A DNA stretch of 63,179 nucleotides, filler included. It is 5 parts of 5 records of this genome, joined end to end, with 100 filler letters (N's around TTAATTAATTAA, not from the genome) between each part and the next. Parts side by side here need not be neighbours in the genome. Positions count along the whole stretch, not along the records: positions 20,384 to 31,113 come from SRR31147125_896; positions 31,214 to 40,905 come from SRR31147125_905; 3 more parts are not named here. One strand, written 5' to 3'. A program made the position numbers and the translations under genes. Each line of letters begins with the position of its first letter. The first letter of the stretch is position 1. The notes beneath the pieces are model-generated. The model did not search any database. It had not been told where the DNA came from and worked only from the letters and a program-made list of their open reading frames with translations. Shown here one piece after another: positions 29,291-39,483 of the stretch.

Positions 29291-29699
29291 ATGAAGAGGG
29301 AACTTTTACCAGCGACAAAGCTCTCCGATGCAGGTGGTAGATATAATCCTGGCTGTATCCAAGCTGTGTGGCAATCTGCTCCCAGCTAAGGAATGTAAGG
29401 TAGCGCATTTCAAGGATCGTTTCACACTCCATGCTGTTAATCCGTTTGATGGCAACAGTAATCTCCTGCTTCAGCTGTATCATCTGTGTGATATCTCTGC
29501 TGACCTCAGCTTCCAAGGCCACCATCCGTGTCACTGCTTCTTCTAGTGCAGAACGTTGTGATGTTGTTCGCTGTGGTACATCAGAGATCCGGTGATTCAG
29601 ATATGTAGCATGGTTTCTCAACCATTCAAGCTGGCGTTCTTTAGTCTGTATGCGTTTATCAAGGTAAAATGCTTGAGAAAGATATTCTTTTTTTGTCAT
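29289..29699 (-). CDS. RinA/ArpU-like (DUF1492) late transcriptional activator
   Basis: MTKKEYLSQAF...ILEMRYL..SWEQIA..LGYS...LHRRAL sigma-region-4-like HTH. Confidence 0.8.
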   Translation of the reverse strand: MTKKEYLSQAFYLDKRIQTKERQLEWLRNHATYLNHRISDVPQRTTSQRSALEEAVTRMVALEAEVSRDITQMIQLKQEITVAIKRINSMECETILEMRYLTFLSWEQIATQLGYSQDYIYHLHRRALSLVKVPSS

Positions 29700-29917
29700 G
29701 AAAGGCTCTCCTGTAGTTGTATGTCAGTAAAATTGGGATTGATCTCGCAAAGGAAGTCAAACCAGTCAGTTGTAAAGAACTCCTCAACTTCCTCTTTTGT
29801 CTCCAATGCATGCCGGTAGTCTGGATTTGTGGCTAGTAAGTGAACAGCTTTCTTCCAGTCTTTGACCGCACGTTCTACAATTGCTGCTGCAAGGTTTTTT
29901 GTTACTTGTTCACTCAC
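29696..29917 (-). CDS. Conserved phage hypothetical protein
   Basis: NLAAAIVERAVKDW...EFF..DWF motif. Confidence 0.7.
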   Translation of the reverse strand: MSEQVTKNLAAAIVERAVKDWKKAVHLLATNPDYRHALETKEEVEEFFTTDWFDFLCEINPNFTDIQLQESLS

Positions 29918-31113
29918 TATTTTCTTTCCTCCAGTTCTGCTTTCACAGCTTCAATTAATGCATCTTGAGTTTTCGCTTTTCCCGAAAGTACTTTCATCAC
30001 ATACTCATCAATGGTGCCAGAGGTAATAATATGCTGGACCACTACAGTCTCTGATTGCTGTCCCTGTCTCCAGAGCCTGGCATTAGTTTGCTGGTAAAGC
30101 TCCAGACTCCAAGTGAGGGAGAACCAGATGAGAGAGTTTCCACCATGCTGCAGGTTCAGTCCATGTCCGGCAGATGCTGGGTGTATCAAGCCGACTGGTA
30201 CTTCTCCTGCATTCCATCTCTCCATACTTTCCTGTGAGCTTAGTGTAGAGAAGGGACTTTCAGTTTCTTCAATCGTTCAGAGATTCTCTGCAGATCATGT
30301 TTGTACCAGTAGGCTACCAGTACCGGATGACCGTTTGCTGCTTCCAGTAAATCCTCCAATGCATCAAGCTTATGATCATGGAGAATTACACTCTGCTCTT
30401 CATCGCTGTAAATCGATCCATTGGCCGCTTGGAGGAGTTTGCCTGAAAGACTGGCAGCATTGGCTGCAGTTATCCTCTCATCCTTTAGCCTCAATACCAT
30501 ATTTGCTTTCAAGCCCTTATACTTCAGGCTCTCTGCTGTAGTCAAAGAGACCTGATACTCGGTACTGATAAGCTCCGGCATCCTGATATGATCCTGGGCT
30601 TTCATTGAGATGGTAATATCTTCAATTGCGGTATAGATCTTCTTTTCAGCCCCGGGAGCGGGCTTATAGCTGTAGATAATCTGTCCATTACGTTTATCTG
30701 GAAGGAAGAAGTTGTTTCTGAAAGCAGTGATGAATCTGCCAAGACGTTCTCCCATATCGAGGAGCTTGAACTGTGCAAAAAGGTCCATCAGTCCATTGCT
30801 GGCAGGGGTTCCGGTAAGCCCAATAATCCTTTTTACAAAGGGGCGTTTTCTCATCAATGCCTTGAAGCGTTTTGATTTATGGTTCTTAAAGGAGGAAAGC
30901 TCATCAACAACCACCATGTCATAGTCGAAGGGAACTCTGCTTTCCTCAATGAGCCACTTCACGTTCTCGCGGTTGATGATATACAGATCAGCTTTTTGCT
31001 TAAGAGCTGACAAGCGCTCAGTATAACTTCCCACTACCACTGATGCTATCAGCATCTCAAGATGATCCCATTTGGTGATCTCAGCAGGCCAGGTGTCTCT
31101 GGCTACTCGTAGA
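29917..31113 (-). CDS. SNF2-family phage helicase (5' truncated, frameshift near 30240)
   Basis: VVVDELSSFK, GLTGTP, HPASAGHGLNLQ, QTNARLWRQGQ. Confidence 0.88.
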
Positions 31114-31213
31114 NNNNNNNNNNNNNNNNNNNNNNNNNNNNNNNNNNNNNNNNNNNNTTAATTAATTAANNNNNNNNNNNNNNNNNNNNNNNNNNNNNNN
31201 NNNNNNNNNNNNN
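31114..31213. other. Artificial contig linker
   Basis: N-run/TTAATTAATTAA/N-run. Confidence 0.98.
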
Positions 31214-31221
31214 AGCATTTT

Positions 31222-32398
31222 TTATTCAAATTCTACCCAGGCAGAGTTTTTCTGAGAACTCTCTACGCACTTCTCAATAAACTCAACACCCTTTGCTCCA
31301 GCAAGCGGTGTTGGAAAATCAAGCTCCTCCTCTGTTGGAGTGCCACCTGCTTTAACAGTATTCACAGCCTTGATAAAGGTCGAATATAGATTTGCAAAAG
31401 CTTCAAAATAACCTTCTGGATGACCACATGGAATACGTACGTAGGATTCCGGATGAGCATAATATGGATCACGCCCACGAGAAATAATCTTCTTCTCTTC
31501 ACCTTTTTTAGAGACTTTTAGATAGTTCGGATCTTCCTGCCTCCAGCTGATCGCACCCTCTGTACCGTACACAGCAAAGTTGAGATCATTATCATGCCCC
31601 CATGCAATCTGCGAAGACCAATACATCCCTTTAGCCCCCCTTATAATTCACCATCACTGTCGCATTATCGTCCAGTTTTCGCCCATCAACCATTATATCC
31701 AGACGTGCTGCCACTGCCTCAATCTCCAGTCCGGTAACATAGGAAATCATATTCTCGATATGACTGCCGATATCTCCGACACAACAGGAAATACCACTGA
31801 CCTCCGGATCTGTACGCCAAACAGCCTGCTTGTTTGCCGGATCAGCTTCTGCCAGCTCAGCCAACCAGTCCTGCGGATACTCAGCTTTCACATAACGAAT
31901 CTCACCGATCTCACCGGCAGCAATCATGGCTTTCGCCTGTTTTACCGCAGGATAACCAGTATAAGTATAGGTAACCGCAAAGAGCAGATTCTTACTATTT
32001 GCCAGTTCAGAAAGCTCAATAGCTTCGTCATAACTTGTGGTCAGAGGTTTATCACAAACCACATGAATCCCAGCATTGAGAAATGCTTTGGCAATAGCAA
32101 AATGCGAACTATTTGGAGTAACAATAGAGACAAAGTCGATACCATCTTCTCTGGCAGCTTCCGCTTCAGCCATCTTCTGGTAGTCTTCATAGAGCCTCTC
32201 TTCACCAAGAAAAAGTCCTTTTCCTGTCTCAAGTGTCTTCTCATAAGATTGTGAAAAAGCCCCTGCAACCAGCTCCGCCTTACCGTCAAGACCAATAGCC
32301 TTACGATGCACCTCACCGATAAAAGCTCCTACTCCCCCGCCTACCATTCCATAGCGGACAATCCCTGTACCATCCTCACCCCTACTCGCCGTTACCAT
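31222..32398 (-). CDS. Gfo/Idh/MocA-family oxidoreductase (frameshift near 31630-31640)
   Basis: GMVGGG.GAFIG.VHR, IVTPN, CDKP, GDIGSH, GHPEGYFEAFAN. Confidence 0.88.
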
Positions 32399-32838
32399 CC
32401 TCGAACTCCTTTTGCAAGCATGTTACGATACCACAAACCATAACTAGTCAAAAACAATACCAACATCAATATGTACTACATAATTACTTTCAGTCTATCA
32501 CATTCCATTTTATTAGGCAAATTAATATTTTACCAGACCCAGTAATACCCTTGCTCAAATTACAGTAACTGCAGTCAAGACCAAGAAATAAAAATTTTAT
32601 TGAGTAAACAGATTTTATGGCAAGTGTTGAAATAAACCACCAATTAACCATATTTCCCAGATTAACCATATTTTTTTTATAACAAACTTATTAATGATAT
32701 TTTTTCCTTGCAAAAAACTTTCAGAAGCAGTAACTTTAATTTTACAGGATAATTTTCTGTATTATTCATACGACACGACTGCTATATTATTAAAAGCCTA
32801 ATCCCGTATTACAGTATTTACTCGCAAAGAAAGTATAT

Positions 32839-33906
32839 ATGGACTTTGACAAAGATATATATCTACAGCCGATATCAGCAGAAAATCCTTGTGGTGAAAA
32901 TCTTGAATACGACCCTGCCTTTACCGAAATCGAAACAGAGATTGCCGGCAAAGAAGAGCATGTAATGGGTGAGGAAGTCATAGAAGCAGAAGAAGCAGAC
33001 TGGAAGCTGATAGAAAAAAATTGCACCGAACTGCTGCAGCGCACCAAGGATCTGCGCATCTTTATCTACCTGACAACTGCCTGGACAAACAACCACGGAC
33101 TGGCCGGTCTGGTCAACGGGCTGGAAATAATCAAAGATCTTATCAGCAACTACTGGAACTCATTCTACCCCCAGCTCGACCCTGATGATGATAACGACCC
33201 GATGGAGAGGATGAATATCTACAGCTGGCTCTCACCTGCTAAGGGGGTATTTGACGACCAGCTCAAACTTCCAGAGAAAATCCGAGAGACTGTTATCTGC
33301 GCCTCAAAAGTAATCGGTAAAGCAACTGTCAAGGATCTGCTGGTTATTGCAGGTGAATATAACCTCCCTGAAGAAGCGGAGCAGCCTGAAGCCGGGCTAG
33401 TCTCCTCCCTCTTTCAGGATGTTGGAGCAGAAGCTATACTCCCGCAACTGGAAGCTATGACAGCAGCCAGCACCTTGTTCAAAGAGATAGACAACAATGT
33501 GACAGAACTGGTCGGAGCAGGCAATGCGCCCAATGTGGATGTACTCCTGAACTTACTCGCAAGCTCTCAGCGTATTCTGGAAAAACGCTATACAGAATTA
33601 AAAGGTGAAGATATCGCAGAGGTAGAAGGTGCTGTAGAAGTCATCGGAGAGACAGCAGGCTCAGTTCCTCAGGCGGGTCATGGCCTGAGTGGTGAGATAC
33701 GCAGCCGCAAAGAAGTACGTCAGGCTATCAATAAGATTATCCGTTACTTTGAAACAAATGAACCGAACAGTCCTATACCTTTCTTTATGCGTCGCTGTGA
33801 CAAACTGCTGGATATGGATTTTTACGAAATCATTGCCGAACTTGCACCTGATTCCTACGACAGAATACTGACTATCGCAGGTTCAAAAGATGAAGAAAAC
33901 GCCTGA
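32839..33906 (+). CDS. tssA: Type VI secretion protein TssA (ImpA_N domain)
   Basis: PISAENPCGENLEYD, TKDLR, IRSR..I..YF..NEP.SP. Confidence 0.9.
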   Translation: MDFDKDIYLQPISAENPCGENLEYDPAFTEIETEIAGKEEHVMGEEVIEAEEADWKLIEKNCTELLQRTKDLRIFIYLTTAWTNNHGLAGLVNGLEIIKDLISNYWNSFYPQLDPDDDNDPMERMNIYSWLSPAKGVFDDQLKLPEKIRETVICASKVIGKATVKDLLVIAGEYNLPEEAEQPEAGLVSSLFQDVGAEAILPQLEAMTAASTLFKEIDNNVTELVGAGNAPNVDVLLNLLASSQRILEKRYTELKGEDIAEVEGAVEVIGETAGSVPQAGHGLSGEIRSRKEVRQAINKIIRYFETNEPNSPIPFFMRRCDKLLDMDFYEIIAELAPDSYDRILTIAGSKDEENA

Positions 33907-34089
33907 AACAAAGGTCAACATAGTTAGTAATCAATACGATTTATCAGGTTGAAGCACTTATACGAGAAGTCTGAAAATGATTTCTTATCAGTATTTACTA
34001 AATTTGACTGTAACTGTTGTGATAAAATAACCACAACAACAAGCTATAAAGCAATCATTCAAGCTCTTAATATCATAAAGGGGAAAACA

Positions 34090-34632
34090 ATGGCAGACAG
34101 TGGACAGAAATTTATAGGCAGAAACAGAGCACCAAGAGTTCAGATTGAATATGATCTTGAACTGTACGGGGCTGAAAAAAAAGTCAACCTTCCTTTTGTT
34201 ATGGGGGTAATGGGGGATTTTTCCGGTAAGAATTCTACAGAACTTGAATCTGTCAATGACAGAAAATTTCTGGAAATTGATGTTGACAATTTTGATGAAC
34301 GACTAAAAAGCGCCAGACCAAGAGTGGCCTTTGCAGTACCGAACACCCTGACTGGAGAAGGCAAGATTGCAGTAGACCTGACCTTTGAAAGTATGGATGA
34401 CTTCTCTCCGGCAGCCGTTGTACGTAAGACAGAAGGCTTGCGCCAGCTGATGGAAACCCGTGAACAGCTAAGTAATCTACTCTCATATATGGATGGTAAA
34501 GCAGGTGCGGAAGAACTGATTGCAAAAGCACTGGCTGACCCTACTCTACTACAGGCACTTGCTTCTGAAAAAGCGGCGGCCAGTGACGAAGAGGAAGCAG
34601 ACGAAGGTGCTGCTGAAGAAGCTGGCGAATAA
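34090..34632 (+). CDS. tssB: T6SS contractile sheath small subunit
   Basis: QKFIGRNRAPRVQIEYD...LPFVMGVMGDFSG. Confidence 0.95.
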   Translation: MADSGQKFIGRNRAPRVQIEYDLELYGAEKKVNLPFVMGVMGDFSGKNSTELESVNDRKFLEIDVDNFDERLKSARPRVAFAVPNTLTGEGKIAVDLTFESMDDFSPAAVVRKTEGLRQLMETREQLSNLLSYMDGKAGAEELIAKALADPTLLQALASEKAAASDEEEADEGAAEEAGE

Positions 34633-34701
34633 GAATATTCTCGCCATATTATACTAAATAAATATTTAAAACTAAAATAGCTTTAAGCTGGAGGATATAT
34701 A

Positions 34702-36195
34702 ATGACAGCAGATGCTGAAAATCCTGAAGTACAAGAACAGGAAGCCCAGACAATGGAGCGGGATGACTTTGCCAACCTGCTCGGTAAAGAATTCAAACCA
34801 AAGACAGATGATGCTAAATCAGCAGTTGAAGTAGCTGTGGGGACACTTGCTGAGGAAGCACTCAAAAACGCCAATCTTATCTCTGATGATGTTATCAGCA
34901 GTATAGAAGCAATAATTGCACAAATCGATAAATCCCTGTCTAAACAGGTTGATCAGATTATACATTACAAAGATTTTCAGGAACTTGAAGGTACCTGGAG
35001 GGGATTGCATCATCTAGTAAATAATACTGAGACAGATGAATACCTTAAAATTAGAGTACTCAATATTTCTAAAAAAGAAATCTCTAAAAACCTCAAGAAA
35101 TACAAGGGTACTGCATGGGATCAGAGTCCTATCTTTAAAAAGATATATGAAGAAGAGTATGGTACTCCGGGTGGAGAACCTTACGGCTGCCTAATCGGCG
35201 ACTACTACTTCAACCAGACCCCACCTGATGTTGAGCTTATGGGAAATATCTCTAAAATTGCTGCTGCTGCCCACGCACCATTTATCGGAGCAGCATCACC
35301 CGAAATGTTCAATATGGACAGCTGGCAGGAGCTTGCCAACCCGAGAGATCTCACCAAGATCTTCGGTACTCCTGAATACGCATCACTGCGCAGCTTCAGA
35401 GAGAGTGACGACAGCCGCTACTTTACTCTTGCTATGCCACGTGTTCTCTCCCGCCTTCCATATGGTGAAAAGACACTTCCTGTTGAAGAATTCGCTTATG
35501 AGGAAGATACAGAAAATGCTACTCATAAAGATTATACCTGGATGAATGCAGCCTATACTATGGGTGTAAATATCAATCGAGCATTCAAGCTCTATGGCTG
35601 GTGCTCATGTATCAGAGGGGTGGAAAGCGGCGGTATGGTTGAAGGGCTTCCTGTACACACCTTCCCGACAGACGATGGCGGTGTGGACATGAAATGTCCT
35701 ACAGAAATCGCTATTACCGACAGACGTGAGGCAGAATTATCAAAGAATGGCTTCCTTCCACTCTGTCACTGGAAGAATACTGACTACGCTGTATTTATCG
35801 GCGCACAGACTATGAACAAACCTGCAGAATATGATGACCCTGATGCTACTGCCAACGCAGCACTATCAGCACGTCTGCCATATATCTTTGCAACTTGCCG
35901 TTTTGCTCATTATTTGAAGTGTATGGTGCGTGATAAAATTGGCACATTCAAAGAACGTGCTGATATGGAGGCATACCTCGGCAACTGGATCAACCAATAT
36001 GTCACCTCCGATCCTACTGCATCTGACGAGACCAAAGCCCGTTACCCGCTTTCTCAAGCAGAAGTAGTTGTGGAAAATGTTGAAGGTGCACCGGGTTATT
36101 ACAATGCTCGTTTCTACATGCGCCCACACTTCCAGCTTGAAGGTCTGACTGCATCACTCCGTCTGGTAACCAAGCTACCGAGTGAAAAAGGTTAA
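34702..36195 (+). CDS. tssC: T6SS contractile sheath large subunit
   Basis: FQELEGTWRGL, EEYGTPGGEPYG, RPHFQLEGL. Confidence 0.96.
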   Translation: MTADAENPEVQEQEAQTMERDDFANLLGKEFKPKTDDAKSAVEVAVGTLAEEALKNANLISDDVISSIEAIIAQIDKSLSKQVDQIIHYKDFQELEGTWRGLHHLVNNTETDEYLKIRVLNISKKEISKNLKKYKGTAWDQSPIFKKIYEEEYGTPGGEPYGCLIGDYYFNQTPPDVELMGNISKIAAAAHAPFIGAASPEMFNMDSWQELANPRDLTKIFGTPEYASLRSFRESDDSRYFTLAMPRVLSRLPYGEKTLPVEEFAYEEDTENATHKDYTWMNAAYTMGVNINRAFKLYGWCSCIRGVESGGMVEGLPVHTFPTDDGGVDMKCPTEIAITDRREAELSKNGFLPLCHWKNTDYAVFIGAQTMNKPAEYDDPDATANAALSARLPYIFATCRFAHYLKCMVRDKIGTFKERADMEAYLGNWINQYVTSDPTASDETKARYPLSQAEVVVENVEGAPGYYNARFYMRPHFQLEGLTASLRLVTKLPSEKG

Positions 36196-36274
36196 ACGAT
36201 AAGTGCAAAAACAACTTTTCGTGATACAAAATTATTATTAATTGCTAATTGCAGCACAGCACATTTATCACTAT

Positions 36275-36318
36275 TTTCTACTGCCTGTTATATCATCCTC
36301 CCTCACAGGCAGTAGAAA
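36275..36318. terminator. Hairpin after tssC
   Basis: 14-bp perfect inverted repeat TTTCTACTGCCTGT/ACAGGCAGTAGAAA. Confidence 0.55.
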
Positions 36319-36495
36319 TAAATAATATCTTTTTTCATTAAAAAAATATAAATAACGAAACGATTATTTCCTTCAGGCATCTCAAGGGTATAAGAGAGAA
36401 AAAAACAGAAGAAAAAAAGATAACAGCAAAGATATAACAATAAGTCTATTCAATATCATCAGATTATCAGGTTACTTTTTGCAAAGGAGAAAATC

Positions 36496-37101
36496 ATGGC
36501 TAACAATAATTTTTTAGGTAACACACCATTGCTGGACGAACTGGCAGGACACGCACAGTCACTCGCTTCCAACCTAATGGAAGCAAACAGCAATCTCATG
36601 CAGGTTAATGAAAGCACCGCCTTTGAAGCCTACATCAAATTCTCAGAAGATGATCTCAAAGGTGAATGTACAGACAAGGCTCACAAGGACTGGATCAGTG
36701 TCTACGGTCTAGACACACTTGCAACCCTTCCAGTTGGTCGTTCCCGCAGTTCCGGCAGTGTCAACACCACAGAAAGAGTAAACTTTGAAAGCATCAAATT
36801 TACTAAAGGCATTGACGCTTCCACTTGTAACTTGATTGCATTCTGCGCAGCAGCAAAGACCAGCGATGCAACTATTCAGATCTGCCACTCATCAGAAGGC
36901 AAACAGGTTAAATTTGTAGAAATCAAATTGACAAAAGCACATGTCTCCTCAGTAAGTATTATTGTTTCAGATGACGAAGCAAGTATCCCGATGGAGCTCG
37001 TCTCTCTCAATTATTCTGAAATAACTATGGAAACATTTGACGACAAGGGCTCAAGCACAGCTAAATTCGGCTGGAACCTTCAGGAAAACAGATCCAAATA
37101 A
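36496..37101 (+). CDS. hcp: Hcp tube protein with N-terminal extension
   Basis: AFEAYIKF...KGECTDKAHKDWI...FTK.ID.ST...E.VSLNYS...FGWNLQEN. Confidence 0.85.
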   Translation: MANNNFLGNTPLLDELAGHAQSLASNLMEANSNLMQVNESTAFEAYIKFSEDDLKGECTDKAHKDWISVYGLDTLATLPVGRSRSSGSVNTTERVNFESIKFTKGIDASTCNLIAFCAAAKTSDATIQICHSSEGKQVKFVEIKLTKAHVSSVSIIVSDDEASIPMELVSLNYSEITMETFDDKGSSTAKFGWNLQENRSK

Positions 37102-37170
37102 TCTGAACTGAAAATTAATGCTTGTTTTCCATTTTTCTTACAATAATAATATTTAATAAAGGAGATTATC

Positions 37171-37704
37171 ATGTCATTCGATGGTTTCATAAAATTCCCA
37201 CTAGGAATCAAAGGTTCTTCAACAGAAAAAGATCATGGCGGCAGCGACGGCTGGAGCGGACTTCTCGGCTTTGACTTCGGCGTCGACCTCCCAACTTTGC
37301 GTCAGGCTAAATCAGGCGGAACTACAACAGCAGAACGTGCAAACTTTAAAGACCTTACAGTTACTAAAGAAGTAGACTGCGCCTCACCAAAACTTCTTGA
37401 CGCTCTTGCAAGTGGTGCTATCTTTGAAACAGTACAGATCGACCTCTGCCGTCCTATAGCAAAGGCACTCGGAAGCGCTGTATTCAGCCCATATCTGATT
37501 GTTACTCTATCTCAGGCATACCTGACCAAAGTAGACTCTTTCTGTTCATCAACTTATGCACTACCTATGGAAGCTCTCTGTTTCAACTACGGCAAGATCA
37601 AAGTACAGTACTACTCCTATGATCTTACAACCGGTGTTGTCGGCTCACTCAAACCAGAAGTTGAATGGGATTGCTCAACCAACAGAGGCAGCAAGAAAAG
37701 CTAA
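37171..37704 (+). CDS. hcp: Second, divergent Hcp tube protein
   Basis: MSFDGFIKF..IKGSST..DH...DLTVTKEVDCASPKL...FNYGKI...WD. Confidence 0.85.
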   Translation: MSFDGFIKFPLGIKGSSTEKDHGGSDGWSGLLGFDFGVDLPTLRQAKSGGTTTAERANFKDLTVTKEVDCASPKLLDALASGAIFETVQIDLCRPIAKALGSAVFSPYLIVTLSQAYLTKVDSFCSSTYALPMEALCFNYGKIKVQYYSYDLTTGVVGSLKPEVEWDCSTNRGSKKS

Positions 37705-37714
37705 TTAACACCTT

Positions 37715-37875
37715 AAGGGAGCCTCTATTAAGCGTTTTTGATGAATTTGCATTCTATTGTGTTATGTCACAACTACTAGATATAGGTAATATGGAGAATA
37801 TTTACTGCATCTAGTAATAGTAACAGCAAGAGATAAACGAACAAATACTGCTTGTCCATTAATAGAGATTCCCTT
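37715..37875. mobile_element. MITE-like element
   Basis: Terminal inverted repeats AAGGGAGCCTCTATTAA / TTAATAGAGATTCCCTT (15/17); no long ORF. Confidence 0.4.
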
Positions 37876-37886
37876 GACAGATATGC

Positions 37887-37923
37887 AGACTTTGCCACCT
37901 CAAAGCAGGTGGCAAAGTCTTTC
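37887..37923 (+). terminator. Intrinsic terminator after the hcp genes
   Basis: AGACTTTGCCACCT..AGGTGGCAAAGTCT hairpin followed by T-rich sequence. Confidence 0.7.
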
Positions 37924-38099
37924 TTATACTATCAGAAACAGCAACAGATAAAAGAATATTAAAAGTATGCAGAGCGGTAGCTTTTTTAATGCAAAAAATT
38001 TCAAAACAGACTACAATATAAGTGTAATTTAATATTAATAACCAATCGATCTATTGAGCAGAATCATAAAGAGATAATAACCGGCATGCAGGAGAGAAT

Positions 38100-38925
38100 A
38101 TGAACGCAGAAGAACTAATCAGAGCAGGTAAGGTTACTGAAGCACTGACAGCACTCAAGAAGCAGGTAAGTAAGAAACCGGCTGACAAAAAACTTAGAGT
38201 ATTTCTCTATCAGCTCTTCTGTATAACAGGTGACTGGGAAAGAGCGATGACCCAGCTCAATGTATGTGCGGATATGAACGCACTCGATATGGCAGATATC
38301 CAGGTTACTGCAATACTGCTGCAGATAGAAAACTTCCGTGAAAAGATCTTCTCTGGTGAAAAGACGCCACTTATATTCGGTGAGCCACAGGAATGGATCA
38401 GCAAGCTAGTGCAGGCACTCAGTTATTACAACAGTAAAGATTATACTGCGGCAGCCGAACTGAGAGCGGCAGCATATGACGCTGCTCCGACAATCAACGG
38501 CAACATCGACAATGAGCTCTTTGAGTGGATTGCTGATGGCGATTCAAGGCCTTGGACCATGTATTGAAATGATTATCGAAGGTAAGTACTACTGGGCTCC
38601 ATTGAGTTCATTTGCCAGCATCGACTTTGAGCCGACAGTCGAGCTCAAGGATCTTGTCTGGGCTCCGGCAACTTTCAGCTTTACCAATGGCGGACACATC
38701 TGCGGCTTTATCCCTGCACGCTATCCTGATACTACTGATAAAGATGATGAAGCGCTCATGATGTCCCGCAAAACAGAGTGGAATGAAGCAGGAGAAGACG
38801 GCTGGACTGGGCTTGGGCAGAAGATGCTGGTAACAGATAGAGCCGAATACTCACTCCTGACTACCAAGCGAATTGCTTTTGATGTTACAATAACTCCTGA
38901 AGAGACTCCTTCTGCTGAAAAATAA
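38100..38925 (+). CDS. tagJ: TagJ/ImpE T6SS accessory protein (frameshift near 38550)
   Basis: KPADKKLRVFLYQL.C..GDWERA..QL; FEWIADGDSR-LGP; YYWAP; IPARYP; GLGQK. Confidence 0.85.
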
Positions 38926-38937
38926 AAGGTTGAAGCT

Positions 38938-39450
38938 ATGGCTAATGCAGATGACAAAAAACTGGTATTGCCGTGTCTGCTGGACAGGCTGACAGATAAC
39001 AACCCTGACACCCAGCTGGAAGAACGAAAAAACAAGACTCAGACTGTCAGGGAATATCGGCAATCAGTGTTACGTGATATATCATGGCTCCTGAACTCTG
39101 TCTGCAAGTTATCTGAGCATGAGCGTGAGGAATACCCTGAAGTTGCGACCTCGGTTATCAACTACGGCACAGAGAGTGTTACAGGTCAAATTGCCGACTC
39201 AAAAAGCCAAGCAGTAATTCGTAACTCTATCCTTACGACCCTACATATGTTTGAGCCTCGTCTCGACCCTGATACACTCGAGGTAAGAATTGTTGCTGAT
39301 AAGCAGGCGAGTAAAGGCGGTAGCCATATTAGGGAAGCAGAGATACATTTTGAAATACACGGCACTCTGACAGCTCTGCTTATCCCGGAAGAATTGTTTA
39401 TCAGAACAGAGCTTGATTTAGAAGAAATGCGCTTCAACGTCTACAGTTAA
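38938..39450 (+). CDS. tssE: T6SS baseplate TssE (gp25-like)
   Basis: PCLLDRLTD...RDISWLLN...SVINYG...FEPRL. Confidence 0.9.
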   Translation: MANADDKKLVLPCLLDRLTDNNPDTQLEERKNKTQTVREYRQSVLRDISWLLNSVCKLSEHEREEYPEVATSVINYGTESVTGQIADSKSQAVIRNSILTTLHMFEPRLDPDTLEVRIVADKQASKGGSHIREAEIHFEIHGTLTALLIPEELFIRTELDLEEMRFNVYS

Positions 39451-39483
39451 GATTATTAATGAAATAGAAACTAAATATTCAAT

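Noticed and set aside
33949-34089. Long N-terminal extension of TssB in the ORF track
   Set aside because: Conserved TssB begins at ATG 34090 after a purine-rich RBS
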